The notes: generated by a model from the letters alone, not told the origin. Numbered from the stretch's first letter, positions 9,419-19,259 are shown. The stretch: 64,000 bases of DNA from an uncultured virus (IMG/VR IMGVR_UViG_2740892351_000003) (IMGVR_UViG_2740892351_000003:62001-126000); one strand, 5' to 3'. Program-made: numbers and translations.

Positions 9419-10501
9419 TTAACAATTTACTCCTCTATAAAATAAATGCCATATTAATTCTATTTTTCTTGATATTTCTTCTATTTTTCTAATACTTTCA
9501 ACTTTAGATTCTTTAATTTCTTTAAATCCATTTATGAAATATCTTGGATTTTCTTGTATTAATGTCTCTATAATAAGTTCTTTTGTTTTTTCCGTACTTG
9601 CATTAGGAACTTGTTTTATTATTTCATCAAATATTTCAACTATTTTAAGTACATTTTCTTTTATCTCATTAGCCCATGCGTTGTTAAATTTTATTTCTCT
9701 AGCTATCTTCTTAGCTTCTTCATAACTTATGTTATAATCTTTAACCTTTTTTAATTTGTGTGGTACTTGTGTTTCATATTCCAGTAAGCTCCATATTTTA
9801 CTTTCTTCTGCAAATTGAGAATCTTTTAATGTCTGATTTATATGAAATGCTTTTTGCTCTAAAGAATTATGTTCTAAAATATCTTTGAAATTATCTATAA
9901 AGAATTTAGCACTTTCTATACTTCTCATTTCTTCTTTTATTCTTTTAAACTTTCTTTTACATTTTTCTGTCATTTCTTCTATGCTCTTGTCTTTTACTTT
10001 ATAATCTCCGTCTTCTATTTTTTTCATTTTAATCTTTTCTAGTTCGTCAACAAAATTTAAAACATTATCTCTTATTTCATTAGCCAATTCAACTTGTTTT
10101 TCAGAACCATTTAACGTTAATACATTAAATGAATTTTCTTTTATTTCTTGACTGACATTATCTTCTCTATAAATTTCTTTTGAATATATTTCAATTATTT
10201 CATCAGTAAGCAAATCTATGAATTTTTTTAACACATTTGAGTATTGTTTTATGAAGTAAAAATTTTTATTGTTACAATCATAATAAATTTTTAATTCAGA
10301 AATATTACCAGAATTTTCAACACGCTGTGCTATCTTAGTTATTCCTAGTCCCTCTCCTAGTCCAATTCCAAAATCATTATTTTTAATAAACTCTTTGAAA
10401 TCAATTTTAGAAGGAACTTTATTTATGTAAATTCGTCTATGTTCTCCACCTTGCCATAATTTATATTCTTTTAATAAATTTTTTACTAATAAAGTTTCCA
10501 T
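9419..10501 (-). CDS. hypothetical protein with an internally duplicated helical domain
   Basis: LNGSEKQVELANEIRDNVL..SAKFFIDNFK is repeated as AWANEIKENVL..NPRYFINGFK. AGGAGG RBS. Confidence 0.8.
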   Translation of the reverse strand: METLLVKNLLKEYKLWQGGEHRRIYINKVPSKIDFKEFIKNNDFGIGLGEGLGITKIAQRVENSGNISELKIYYDCNNKNFYFIKQYSNVLKKFIDLLTDEIIEIYSKEIYREDNVSQEIKENSFNVLTLNGSEKQVELANEIRDNVLNFVDELEKIKMKKIEDGDYKVKDKSIEEMTEKCKRKFKRIKEEMRSIESAKFFIDNFKDILEHNSLEQKAFHINQTLKDSQFAEESKIWSLLEYETQVPHKLKKVKDYNISYEEAKKIAREIKFNNAWANEIKENVLKIVEIFDEIIKQVPNASTEKTKELIIETLIQENPRYFINGFKEIKESKVESIRKIEEISRKIELIWHLFYRGVNC

Positions 10502-10765
10502 TTTTTATACCTCCTTATATTTCTAAACTTTAGAATAATAGTATATTCTAAAGTTTAGATTTGTATATTTATTTAATATACTTTTATTATAGCAATCAAT
10601 AGTGAATTATTTTTGTATCAAATAAATATTTTTATAAAATTTTATTCTATTGTAAAACCTTTTAATTTACCATCTTTAATAATAAATGTTAATCCAGCTG
10701 TATGCCATCTAAATGCATCATACAAACTTATTTTATGTATATCTTTTATATAACATATCATAATA

Positions 10766-11251
10766 TCATTCTCCTATATAAAATTTTATACAGTTAATTA
10801 AATCAACTTTACTATCTAATGTTAAATACCAATCACCCATACAAGAAGGATAAAAATAATATTTATTATCATTTTTTATATATACAATTGAACTTCCATC
10901 ACTTAAAAATACTTTAATGTTTCCATTGTTATTTAACTTATTAATCACATATACATCCTTTGAGTGACTTATATTGTTTGACAGCTCTTTGTAAGTTGCA
11001 ACTGCTCTATCTAAATCTTTTTTATTTTTAAAGCTATAGTTCCAGTCACCTAGACAAACTGGATAGAAATTATAAACTTGCTCTTTAGTATCATATAAAA
11101 CTACACTTTCATCTTCTAATATTTCTACAACTCTGTCGGTAGTTTCTACATAAAAATTATCTAATTCGGCAGCCTTAACTTTTGTTGCTCCTGCAACTCC
11201 AACAATAATTAAACCTAATAACATTCCCATAGCTATATTTTTGAATTTCAT
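10766..11251 (-). CDS. Exported protein with signal peptide and two internal repeats
   Basis: Signal peptide MKFKNIAMGMLLGLIIVGVAGATKVKA. Repeats YNFYPVCLGDWNY and YYFYPSCMGDWYL. Confidence 0.8.
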   Translation of the reverse strand: MKFKNIAMGMLLGLIIVGVAGATKVKAAELDNFYVETTDRVVEILEDESVVLYDTKEQVYNFYPVCLGDWNYSFKNKKDLDRAVATYKELSNNISHSKDVYVINKLNNNGNIKVFLSDGSSIVYIKNDNKYYFYPSCMGDWYLTLDSKVDLINCIKFYIGE

Positions 11252-11568
11252 TTTTACACCCTCCTAGTTTATGATTATGACCCCGTACAAGCCTCTATAA
11301 GCTGTTTGAAAATCATCTTAATGTATTTATACCTTTTGATTTTTATAATCTTTAAAACCCTTTTATCAAATCACTATCATTATCATTTGAATTATAATAA
11401 TATAGCTATAACAATAGCGATTTGATAACTCATATATCATATTAAAAATATAATTTTAAACTCTTTTATTACTTCATGTCCTATATTAAAGATATGACAC
11501 TCTTTTATATAAAATATAATCCTCATCTATATAAAATTCATTGTCATTAATTCATCGCCTACATACAT

Positions 11569-12153
11569 TTATTGCATACTTTTATATAGTTCTTTTAAAT
11601 CTTCATTTTCATCTAATATTACTTTTAAAGGTTTCATAGTATAACAACTTTTATATTTATATTTGTTTTTATTGTAATTTTCATCAAATTTACTCATATA
11701 TTCCTTATACTTGATAAACAAACTGTTTAATATATCTATATCTATCAATCCAGACTTACTAAGTTTATTCATTCTCATACAACTATCTATCATACGAGCC
11801 AAAGACCAAGCCACTTCCGCAATTGCATCTTCTAACATTTGTTCATTAGATTTATAAGCATAAGAACCTTCTTTGTATTTAGTATTATTCTTCACTATTT
11901 TATTAAGATTTGTCTCTATATCTAAACCCTTACTGTAGTACTCCATACATTTGTAATGTTTTTTTATCTCTCTCGACAATGCTTTGTAAAATGTAACATT
12001 CAATTTCATTATTTTTTCTACACATGTTAATCCAACATGAAAAACTTCTCCTGTAACATTATTTTTTATTGTAGCTATATTTTTTATAGTTCTTCCACAG
12101 TGGTCACAAGCTCCTTTACCTTTTGTATAACTTATCAAAATATACTCATTCAT
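11569..12153 (-). CDS. hypothetical protein with N-terminal zinc ribbon
   Basis: CDHCGRTIKN..HVGLTC. Confidence 0.8.
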   Translation of the reverse strand: MNEYILISYTKGKGACDHCGRTIKNIATIKNNVTGEVFHVGLTCVEKIMKLNVTFYKALSREIKKHYKCMEYYSKGLDIETNLNKIVKNNTKYKEGSYAYKSNEQMLEDAIAEVAWSLARMIDSCMRMNKLSKSGLIDIDILNSLFIKYKEYMSKFDENYNKNKYKYKSCYTMKPLKVILDENEDLKELYKSMQ

Positions 12154-12184
12154 GCTTAAACCTCCAATTTGTATTTAAATGTTG

Positions 12185-12487
12185 TTATTTCATATTTCTT
12201 TCTATCTGAAACGCTACCAATCCATACACCTCTGCTTGTTCTTTTGCTATTTCGTCCTCATTTCTATATGCATCTCTCTCACGTTCAAACTCTAATTGTT
12301 TAAAATATTTAACTATTTCTTTTTTTGTTTTAGTAATTCTTTCCAGCTCAAACGCTGCCATCTCCCATGCTTCAACTTGTCCCTTTGCTACTTCATTATT
12401 ATTTATATCTGCATCTTTCTTATAACTAGATGCTATTATTCTAAAGTATCCAATTGTTTCCTCTTTTGTTCTATATCTTCTTTCCAT
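12185..12487 (-). CDS. hypothetical protein with tandem internal duplication
   Basis: TKEETIGYF..VAKGQVEAWEMAAFELER and TKKEIVKYF..IAKEQAEVYGLVAFQIER. Confidence 0.8.
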   Translation of the reverse strand: MERRYRTKEETIGYFRIIASSYKKDADINNNEVAKGQVEAWEMAAFELERITKTKKEIVKYFKQLEFERERDAYRNEDEIAKEQAEVYGLVAFQIERNMK

Positions 12488-12540
12488 TTTTACGCCCTCC
12501 TAATTTTATATTAAAATTAATATTTTAAGTACTTGTATTT

Positions 12541-12903
12541 TCATCTGTAATAACTCTTTATATAGTTTAATAGTTTTTCTTCTACATCTATATCAAAGAC
12601 AGTTTTACACCCTACTATATTTTTTAAATCATTTAAAGTAAGCATTATTAAATGTGTATTATTCAAATCTAATCCATTTACAGTGTTTAAATTATATGTA
12701 TCTAAATAATGAGATAAACCACAACCAAAACTATAATTTGCTAATCCATATTTATATCTAAATGGTGCTATATGCTCTACTCCTTTACACAACTTTAGTG
12801 TGACATCCTCAATGTTATTATTATCTATTAAAAAAAATCTAGTTTTTATTGCTTTCATACTTCTTAAGCAATTACCTATGCAACCAATTAAATACTTATT
12901 CAT
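12541..12903 (-). CDS. hypothetical protein
   Basis: 120-aa ORF with GGAGG RBS. Confidence 0.75.
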   Translation of the reverse strand: MNKYLIGCIGNCLRSMKAIKTRFFLIDNNNIEDVTLKLCKGVEHIAPFRYKYGLANYSFGCGLSHYLDTYNLNTVNGLDLNNTHLIMLTLNDLKNIVGCKTVFDIDVEEKLLNYIKSYYR

Positions 12904-12940
12904 TTTAAACCCTCCATTTATATTAAAAGTTGAATTTTAT

Positions 12941-13444
12941 TTATATCTCTTTTAATATTTTTTGATAATTACTATGAAGTAATATTGTTCTACATTTTTC
13001 ATTATATGTTCTTATATAAACATCGCCATCTATTGTTAAAGTATCATAATCTTCGTATCCAATTTGATTTTGTCTAGTTAGTAAATTGTATATTTCTTTT
13101 CTTTTACACCATCCTGTTCCTATATAAAATAATTCTCTCTCTGTTTTAGAATTACTTTCTCTTTTACTTTTTTTGATATCTAACTTTTTAATTAATATAT
13201 CATAGTCTATATCAAGATTAAGTTTTAATTTATAATGTCCTGTTTTTGATATAGTAAAAATTATCCAACTAGAGCTATCATATATTTTCCCATCATTTAA
13301 ATTAATATTATTTATATTTTTTTTAATAAAACTATCAACCAATTTAAATATTCTATTTTGTCTAGTATATTTTTTTACATTTCTTACAAGTATTTGGAAA
13401 ACTGGATTCCCTTCTATATCATAAAATACGATTATTTTATTCAT
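12941..13444 (-). CDS. hypothetical protein
   Basis: 167-aa ORF with AGGAGG RBS. Confidence 0.75.
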   Translation of the reverse strand: MNKIIVFYDIEGNPVFQILVRNVKKYTRQNRIFKLVDSFIKKNINNINLNDGKIYDSSSWIIFTISKTGHYKLKLNLDIDYDILIKKLDIKKSKRESNSKTERELFYIGTGWCKRKEIYNLLTRQNQIGYEDYDTLTIDGDVYIRTYNEKCRTILLHSNYQKILKEI

Positions 13445-13478
13445 TTTATTTTCCTCCTATAAATTAATTATTTTTTAT

Positions 13479-13715
13479 TTAAAATTCTTTATATTGAATT
13501 TTATTTTCATTATCTAAATACATCATATTATTAATATTTTGTATTAATTGCTGTCTCAATTCTTCTCCTTTTAAAGCCCAATCTAATCCGATTAAGTTTC
13601 CTAGTCTAGTACTTAAGGAATTATAAGTTCCTGCTTCTCCTATTGTTTCACCTTCTAAAATGTCACATATATTTATTAAATCTGTTGCAGTCATATATTT
13701 AGAATAATTTATCAT
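13479..13715 (-). CDS. hypothetical protein
   Basis: 78-aa ORF with AGGAGG RBS. Confidence 0.75.
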   Translation of the reverse strand: MINYSKYMTATDLINICDILEGETIGEAGTYNSLSTRLGNLIGLDWALKGEELRQQLIQNINNMMYLDNENKIQYKEF

Positions 13716-13759
13716 TTTTAACCCTCCTAATATTTTACATCTATCTTAAGAATTGAATT

Positions 13760-13981
13760 TTATAAAACAATAGCTTTAGCTTCTGTTATTTCATTATTAA
13801 ATTTTATATTTTCCAACCATACACCACTTGGTAGTTTTTCATCAAGTGACCACAGGTAACAATCAACATCATTATGATATATTGTTGGGTTGAAATTTTC
13901 TATAAAAAGTATATCCTGCTTATTTAACTCTTTTGTTTTTATGTCCCATACTACATTTGATATTTTGCTATTTATTTTCAT
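13760..13981 (-). CDS. hypothetical protein
   Basis: 73-aa ORF with GGGGG RBS. Confidence 0.7.
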   Translation of the reverse strand: MKINSKISNVVWDIKTKELNKQDILFIENFNPTIYHNDVDCYLWSLDEKLPSGVWLENIKFNNEITEAKAIVL

Positions 13982-13997
13982 TTTTAATAATCCCCCT

Positions 13998-14138
13998 TTA
14001 TAATTTATTAGATTGTTTCAATAATTTTAATTGATTGCTGTTTCCACATTTTAAAATAATACTTTCTGTAGTACTCCAATAGCTACTATCTAAATCCTTT
14101 TTAAACAATGATTTTATCTTGATTATTAATTTTTTCAT
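13998..14138 (-). CDS. small hypothetical protein (46 aa)
   Basis: Below the ORF-track cutoff: MKKLIIKIKSLFKKDLDSSYWSTTESIILKCGNSNQLKLLKQSNKL, with AAGGGG RBS. Confidence 0.6.
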   Translation of the reverse strand: MKKLIIKIKSLFKKDLDSSYWSTTESIILKCGNSNQLKLLKQSNKL

Positions 14139-14205
14139 AATTTTATTCCCCTTTCAATTTTTTATTGGAAGTGGCGTTTTTAAAGAACGCCCTAAAACTT
14201 TTTAT

Positions 14206-14919
14206 TTAAGAAACTATAGCTAAATAATTTGATGCTATACAAATATTCTCATAACGTAAGTCAGTTCCATATAGCTCATAATTAAAGTATCTTTCAAGTG
14301 TTTCTTGACTTAACTCTTCAATATCTCCTAATCGTTCAATATAATTCTCTGCAAATTCAATATCTGTCATATTTTCATAATATTCTATATCTTCTTCGTA
14401 TAAATTTTCAATAATCATGTCTTTATCAAAACGTAAATCTCTTGAAAATGCTTCTATGTCAAAGTAGTAAGCAATATTTTCTATATAAGATAAATCACCA
14501 CAATATATTTCTTCTATGTAACTACGTCCTAAATTTTCATCATCCAATTGTGACCTGTCGTCAAGTTGTATAAAAGTATAATTATCTGACAAGCTACAAA
14601 TATCACTTTCAATCATGTCGTAAAAATCAATGTATCCACGTTCAAGTAAAGCTTTTAACTCTTCAATCTCATATTCTTCTAACCTCTCAAGTTTCATTGC
14701 TAATTCATTCAGTTGCTCTATATTGCTATGTTCACTTATTTCTAACCCTTCTATATCTGTTTCAAAATCTGTTATGAAATACTCCTCATATTCTTCATTT
14801 ATCCCTATTCTATCTAATATTTCTTCTAATTCTTCCTCGTTTACTGGAAGTTCAGCCCATTCCCCTATTAGTTCACCTTCGTTATATTTCCCTAAATTAG
14901 TTATGTATATATTTAGCAT
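14206..14919 (-). CDS. ardA: ArdA antirestriction protein (DNA mimic)
   Basis: MLNIYITNLGKYNEGELIGEW..LP, EEYFITDFET, YFDIEAFSRDL, YFNYELYGTDL; extremely acidic. Confidence 0.92.
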   Translation of the reverse strand: MLNIYITNLGKYNEGELIGEWAELPVNEEELEEILDRIGINEEYEEYFITDFETDIEGLEISEHSNIEQLNELAMKLERLEEYEIEELKALLERGYIDFYDMIESDICSLSDNYTFIQLDDRSQLDDENLGRSYIEEIYCGDLSYIENIAYYFDIEAFSRDLRFDKDMIIENLYEEDIEYYENMTDIEFAENYIERLGDIEELSQETLERYFNYELYGTDLRYENICIASNYLAIVS

Positions 14920-14946
14920 TTTATATCCTCCCTTTTTATATTATTC

Positions 14947-15038
14947 TATGACCGTTTGGTCATATATTTATTTAAAGCTTTCCCTTTTCTTAATTTAATT
15001 ATAATTCACAAAGACCATATTGTCAAGTCTATTTGGTC
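14947..15038 (-). promoter_or_regulatory. sigmaA promoter of the ardA operon with three GACC-N4-GGTC operators
   Basis: TTGACA (15026-15021), 17 nt, TATAAT (15003-14998). Palindrome TATGACCGTTTGGTCATA at 14947-14964; variants at 15013-15024 and 15027-15038. Confidence 0.75.
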
Positions 15039-15058
15039 ATATATTCTTGTAAAAATTT

Positions 15059-15253
15059 TTAGTATTTTTCTAATAAAGTATTTGCATCAATGTCTAAAAA
15101 AGTTATTAATCGTTCAAATTCAGATATTGAAAATTCACGTTCTCCTTTTTCTTTTCTTACATAAGAACGCAATGAAATGTTTATACCTCTTGCAACGTCT
15201 TCTTGAGAGTATTTTTTTTCTTCTCTTATTTCTCTTAATAGATATAATTTCAC
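15059..15253 (-). CDS. Small XRE-family HTH regulator
   Basis: LREIREEKKYSQEDVARGINISLRSYVRKEKGER. Confidence 0.9.
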   Translation of the reverse strand: MKLYLLREIREEKKYSQEDVARGINISLRSYVRKEKGEREFSISEFERLITFLDIDANTLLEKY

Positions 15254-15307
15254 TTTGTCTCCTCCAATATTATTATTCTATAATAATACCATACTAAGAG
15301 CTTGTAG

Positions 15308-15337
15308 AAAAGACACTCAATAATTCAAGTGTCTTTT
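15308..15337. terminator. intrinsic terminator-like hairpin
   Basis: AAAAGACACT..AGTGTCTTTT inverted repeat with A/T tails. Confidence 0.6.
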
Positions 15338-15346
15338 TATGTATTA

Positions 15347-15580
15347 CTATTTAATTGATTTTGCTGTTTCATTTTGCACTATATCAAGCTTAGTATACAA
15401 TGAGGTTTGACCATTTTCTAGGTCTTCAATTCTAAAATCAATACGACTAAAACATTCTAAAAGTCCCTCAACATTAGATTTTATTTTATCTTGTGTATAA
15501 TCAAATTCGTCAAGCTTGTCATTTAAAATTTTAATACTTTCCTGTATTTCTCGTAGCAATTCTAATGTTTTCTCATCCAT
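15347..15580 (-). CDS. coiled-coil protein, MDEK family paralog 1
   Basis: Starts MDEKTLELL; heptad pattern. Confidence 0.75.
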   Translation of the reverse strand: MDEKTLELLREIQESIKILNDKLDEFDYTQDKIKSNVEGLLECFSRIDFRIEDLENGQTSLYTKLDIVQNETAKSIK

Positions 15581-15591
15581 TTTATCTACTC

Positions 15592-15903
15592 CTATTTAAT
15601 TGATTTTAACTTTGCTATTTCATTCCAATTTTTAGATGTAGCCATTTCTACAAAGTTCATGTCATTTTTTAAAGTGTCTATTTTTTCTCCAACTTCTGTT
15701 ATACCTTCCATGTTTCTAGCAACTTGATTATAAGTTAAGTCTAGTTTCTTTTTAATTTCTTCTTGTCCTTCTTTTAAATCACTAAGTTGGTTTTCAATCC
15801 CATCAAAACGACCATCCATACTATCTAGTCTATTTTCGATTCTGTCAAATCTAGTATCCATTTTTTGTAATAATTCTAATATTTTTTCATCCATGCCGTT
15901 CAC
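15592..15903 (-). CDS. coiled-coil protein, MDEK family paralog 2
   Basis: MDEKILELLQKMDTRFDRIENRLDSMDGRFDGIE, heptad repeats. Confidence 0.8.
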   Translation of the reverse strand: MNGMDEKILELLQKMDTRFDRIENRLDSMDGRFDGIENQLSDLKEGQEEIKKKLDLTYNQVARNMEGITEVGEKIDTLKNDMNFVEMATSKNWNEIAKLKSIK

Positions 15904-16470
15904 ACTCCTATTTTATTATTATATCATAATTTAAGTGTTGTATTCTAACACTTACTAAAATAATCTAATAAATAGTTTAAATTATACTAGTAAATATTAG
16001 ATAGTTTATAACCATGTAGGTGTCAAGCAGTACAAACTATAATTTTAATGCTCAATCTTTAGTACTTTTTATAACGCAGTACCTCACAACTGCTATGTCA
16101 TATTAAATTGTATTGAGTGCCATTATAGAAGCAACTAAGTTGATACCTCAATTTTTTGTAGGCTTTAATTGGAAACCTTTATTAATTTTATTTACTTAAT
16201 GTTGGGAACACCTCACCAACTGGTATGACTAATTCATTTTTGTAGTTAAAAAATGAAGAAAAAACTATGTGTAATATTTGTGTTGTGTGCCTTTCACCAT
16301 TCACACCATTTAAAAGGTCAACTTAAAGGTAGTAATTTTTTAATAGTAGTTTAATATTTTTTAATAGAATCCTTTAAGATATTAGCTTTAGAGTTTTAAG
16401 AAGGTTCTTTGCCTGTTACTTCATTTGAGAGGTGGCTTTGTGTTTTCTTGTTCTCCCTTGCTATGATTTA

Positions 16471-16578
16471 ATTATATATCCAAACGGATATATTGTCAAT
16501 ATTTATTTTTATAATTTAATAAAAAATATATCTAAACGGATGTTAATATATTTAGATATACGACCGATTGGATATATA
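16471..16578. promoter_or_regulatory. Genetic switch: leftward sigmaA promoter with three operator palindromes
   Basis: Minus-strand TTGACA (16499-16494), 17 nt, TATAAT (16476-16471). ATATATCCAAACGGATATAT (16474-16493) lies between -35 and -10; related sites at 16526-16545 and 16559-16578. Confidence 0.8.
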
Positions 16579-16635
16579 ACTGATTGTTCTTAATAAATAT
16601 ATATGATATTATAATAAATATAAAGAGGTGATAAA

Positions 16636-16953
16636 ATGATTAGTGATAGATTAAGAGAACTAAGAAAAGAAAAAGGCTACACAATTAAAGAGTTAGCACA
16701 AATTATAAATGTTTCAGATATTTCAATCAGTAGATATGAAAACAACAAAAGGGATGCAGATATAAAAACATTGAAAGAGTTAGCAAAATTATATGATGTA
16801 TCATTAGACTATATAACTTGTCTTACAGATAATAGAGAAAATATACAACTTGAAGAAGAAGAAGTCAAACTATTAGATAATTATAGAGAGTTAGACACTA
16901 AAAGTAAAACAATAGTACAAGAACAAATAAATACATTAAAAAAACTACTGTAA
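16636..16953 (+). CDS. XRE-family (CI/ImmR-like) repressor
   Basis: RLRELRKEKGYTIKELAQIINVSDISISRYENNKR..YDVSLDYI; divergent from the early operon. Confidence 0.9.
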   Translation: MISDRLRELRKEKGYTIKELAQIINVSDISISRYENNKRDADIKTLKELAKLYDVSLDYITCLTDNRENIQLEEEEVKLLDNYRELDTKSKTIVQEQINTLKKLL

Positions 16954-17105
16954 GCTAGACATATATATCTAGCTTATTTTTTATATTCGATTTTAAAAAC
17001 TAAAGGTACAAACATAAGGCAATCACATTACAATACGCTTAGAATAGATTTAAATAGCTTGTATAATATATTATATTGTGTAGAATGTATTATAATATAA
17101 CCATA

Positions 17106-17176
17106 TCAAAAAAATCCGATGACCTGCATACTTATATAGATATATATATCAATATGCGAGTCATCGGAAAAATTAA
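17106..17176. repeat. Imperfect palindrome, copy A
   Basis: TCCGATGACCTGCATA, AT-rich core, TATGCGAGTCATCGGA. Partner copy at 24694-24764. Confidence 0.85.
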
Positions 17177-17219
17177 AAATATAAAAGTACTTAACAAAAT
17201 GTCAAGTACTTTTTATGTA

Positions 17220-17567
17220 TTATTGTAATTTTATTTTTATTTCTTCTAATTGTTCCATATTTCTAGCGACTTGGTCGGTTGCTCCATTTAGCTTTCTATT
17301 AATCTTAATTACTCTAGTTTCTATTGCATTTAACTTAATGTCAACCACATCAAAGTTATCTTTAATAGAAGTCATTTCCTCTGCTGTTGAAATAGATTGA
17401 TTATATAGTATATCTTGTTTCTTTTCAATACTGTCAAGCCTATTTTCTATACTATCAAATCTAGTATTCATATCTGTTTTTACTTCTTTTAATTCATTTT
17501 CAATTCCATTAAGTTTACTATCCATTTTCTGTAATAACTCTAGTATCTTTTCATCCATCACGACCAC
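17220..17567 (-). CDS. coiled-coil protein, MDEK family paralog 3
   Basis: MDEKILELLQKMD..TRFDSIENRLDS..QVARNME shared with 15592-15903. Confidence 0.8.
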   Translation of the reverse strand: MVVMDEKILELLQKMDSKLNGIENELKEVKTDMNTRFDSIENRLDSIEKKQDILYNQSISTAEEMTSIKDNFDVVDIKLNAIETRVIKINRKLNGATDQVARNMEQLEEIKIKLQ

Positions 17568-18077
17568 GCTCCTTTTATTATTATAACATAATAGTTAATG
17601 TTATATACAGCTAATTGTCGTATTCTAATCAACTTGTGTCATTATAAGTTTTCATTTGTCACACTTCCTTTTGATTTTATTTAATTGATGATTTAATAAT
17701 ACATTACTTTCCAATTTTTGTCAATATGTTCTATTATATTTATATATTTTATTTAGTTATTGTCCTTGTAAAAATATTGCTTATCATATTGATATCACTA
17801 GCTTATGAGTACATAATTGTGTGAATTATTTTTTATATCTACTATAGTATGCGAATTTAATGTAGTGTGATAGATGCTAATAATGTAGTTATAATATTAA
17901 GCTAATAATGTAAGAGTTCTATTTCTATAAGCTTTTTTATTTAATAATGAACACAAAAAATAATAACTCATGCTATCATCTTTAAAATAACATAAATTAT
18001 TATTTCTAATAAAAAGTAAGATTTAGTACCTTTTTATTCGTTTTTAACAAAGTAATTTCTTTTCTTAACATACATTA

Positions 18078-18113
18078 ATAACGTCGTATAATAAGATGAT
18101 TATACGACGTTGA
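18078..18113. other. loxP/dif-like site-specific recombination site candidate
   Basis: Perfect 13-bp inverted arms AACGTCGTATAAT / ATTATACGACGTT around an asymmetric AAGATG core. Confidence 0.6.
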
Positions 18114-18799
18114 CCCTAAAAATAGAAGAAAGGGGGCTATTTTTAGACTTTAGTATCAAATGATATTCATTATCATTTTGTAGTCCTTTTTCTTCTACAT
18201 CCCAAATTCCATTCGGCCCTTAAAATAAACATTTATACAAAATTACACCACTAATTCAAATTTTTAAACATACACTCATGAACAATTTCAAACCGTCTCC
18301 GAGTATTATAAAACAGTGTTAATTCAATACTTATTTTTCATTAATCATGATAAAAAAATAGCCCCATCTATGTTTTGAACCTATGTTATAAGGCTAAAGC
18401 ATGAACATGGGGTGTATGTTTTATTTTAATTTATATGAACTATATAAAATATATATTATATCCTATAAATCAACTATAATTGTTATAAAATAATTTTAAA
18501 TAGTGTATGTTTTAAATTTGAACATCTCAAAATCCTATAGACAAAATTTTAATTCTATCAAGTTATCATTTTTTACTTAAAATTCAATACAATTCAAACA
18601 AAATATACTTCATGCAATTTATTCAAGATTAAAACATATAAATATGCCTATTTTATAGAAAAATATATAGTAATTTATATAATTTTTCATATCAATTTTC
18701 GTAGACACTATACTCCAGAAAATCAATCTAAAATGATAAGTTTTATAAAATAATTTTCAAACTTAAGTAGTGTATGTATGGTTTTTATAAAAATTATTA

Positions 18800-18980
18800 A
18801 TATTTAATATGCAATTGCATATAAATTATATTAAAATTTATAATTAAATGGAAAACAAATTGTAATATAACTTTCTTTACGATTGTAGTATATGTTGTAT
18901 TACAATTATAGTTTAATAGTATATATAATTTATATTAAATTTGCATTGTAATTATATACCAATTGAAATATAATTAAACT
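18800..18980 (+). promoter_or_regulatory. Candidate parC centromere/promoter region
   Basis: Degenerate ATTG(C/T/A)A(A/T)..TA repeats (AATTGCATATAA, AATTGTAATATAA, ATTGTAATTATA, AATTGAAATATAA) immediately upstream of parR-parM. Confidence 0.4.
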
Positions 18981-19008
18981 AAATGAGCTATAAAAGGAGG
19001 GGATTTTT

Positions 19009-19242
19009 ATAAAAAAGGATACTTATAATTTACAGATACCTATTCCAATAGAATTAGCTGATAAATTAAAATCACTAGCTGAAAAGGATGAAAGAAGTTT
19101 AAGATTGTATTGTAAAAGAGTACTACAATTACATGCAGATGAAATTTATAATAATAATAATGATATTGACGAAGCTAATACTAATAATCAAAATGAAACA
19201 GCTAAAAAAAGAAAAGTAGGAGCTTTAAAACCACAAAAATAA
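19009..19242 (+). CDS. Ribbon-helix-helix protein, ParR-like adaptor (ATA start)
   Basis: AGGAGG RBS at 18995-19000, then ATA. IKKDTYNLQIPIPIELADKLKSLAEKDERSLRLYCKRVLQLH (RHH) with a basic tail. Directly upstream of parM. Confidence 0.75.
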   Translation: MKKDTYNLQIPIPIELADKLKSLAEKDERSLRLYCKRVLQLHADEIYNNNNDIDEANTNNQNETAKKRKVGALKPQK

Positions 19243-19259
19243 TTTAGGGGGATTTACTT

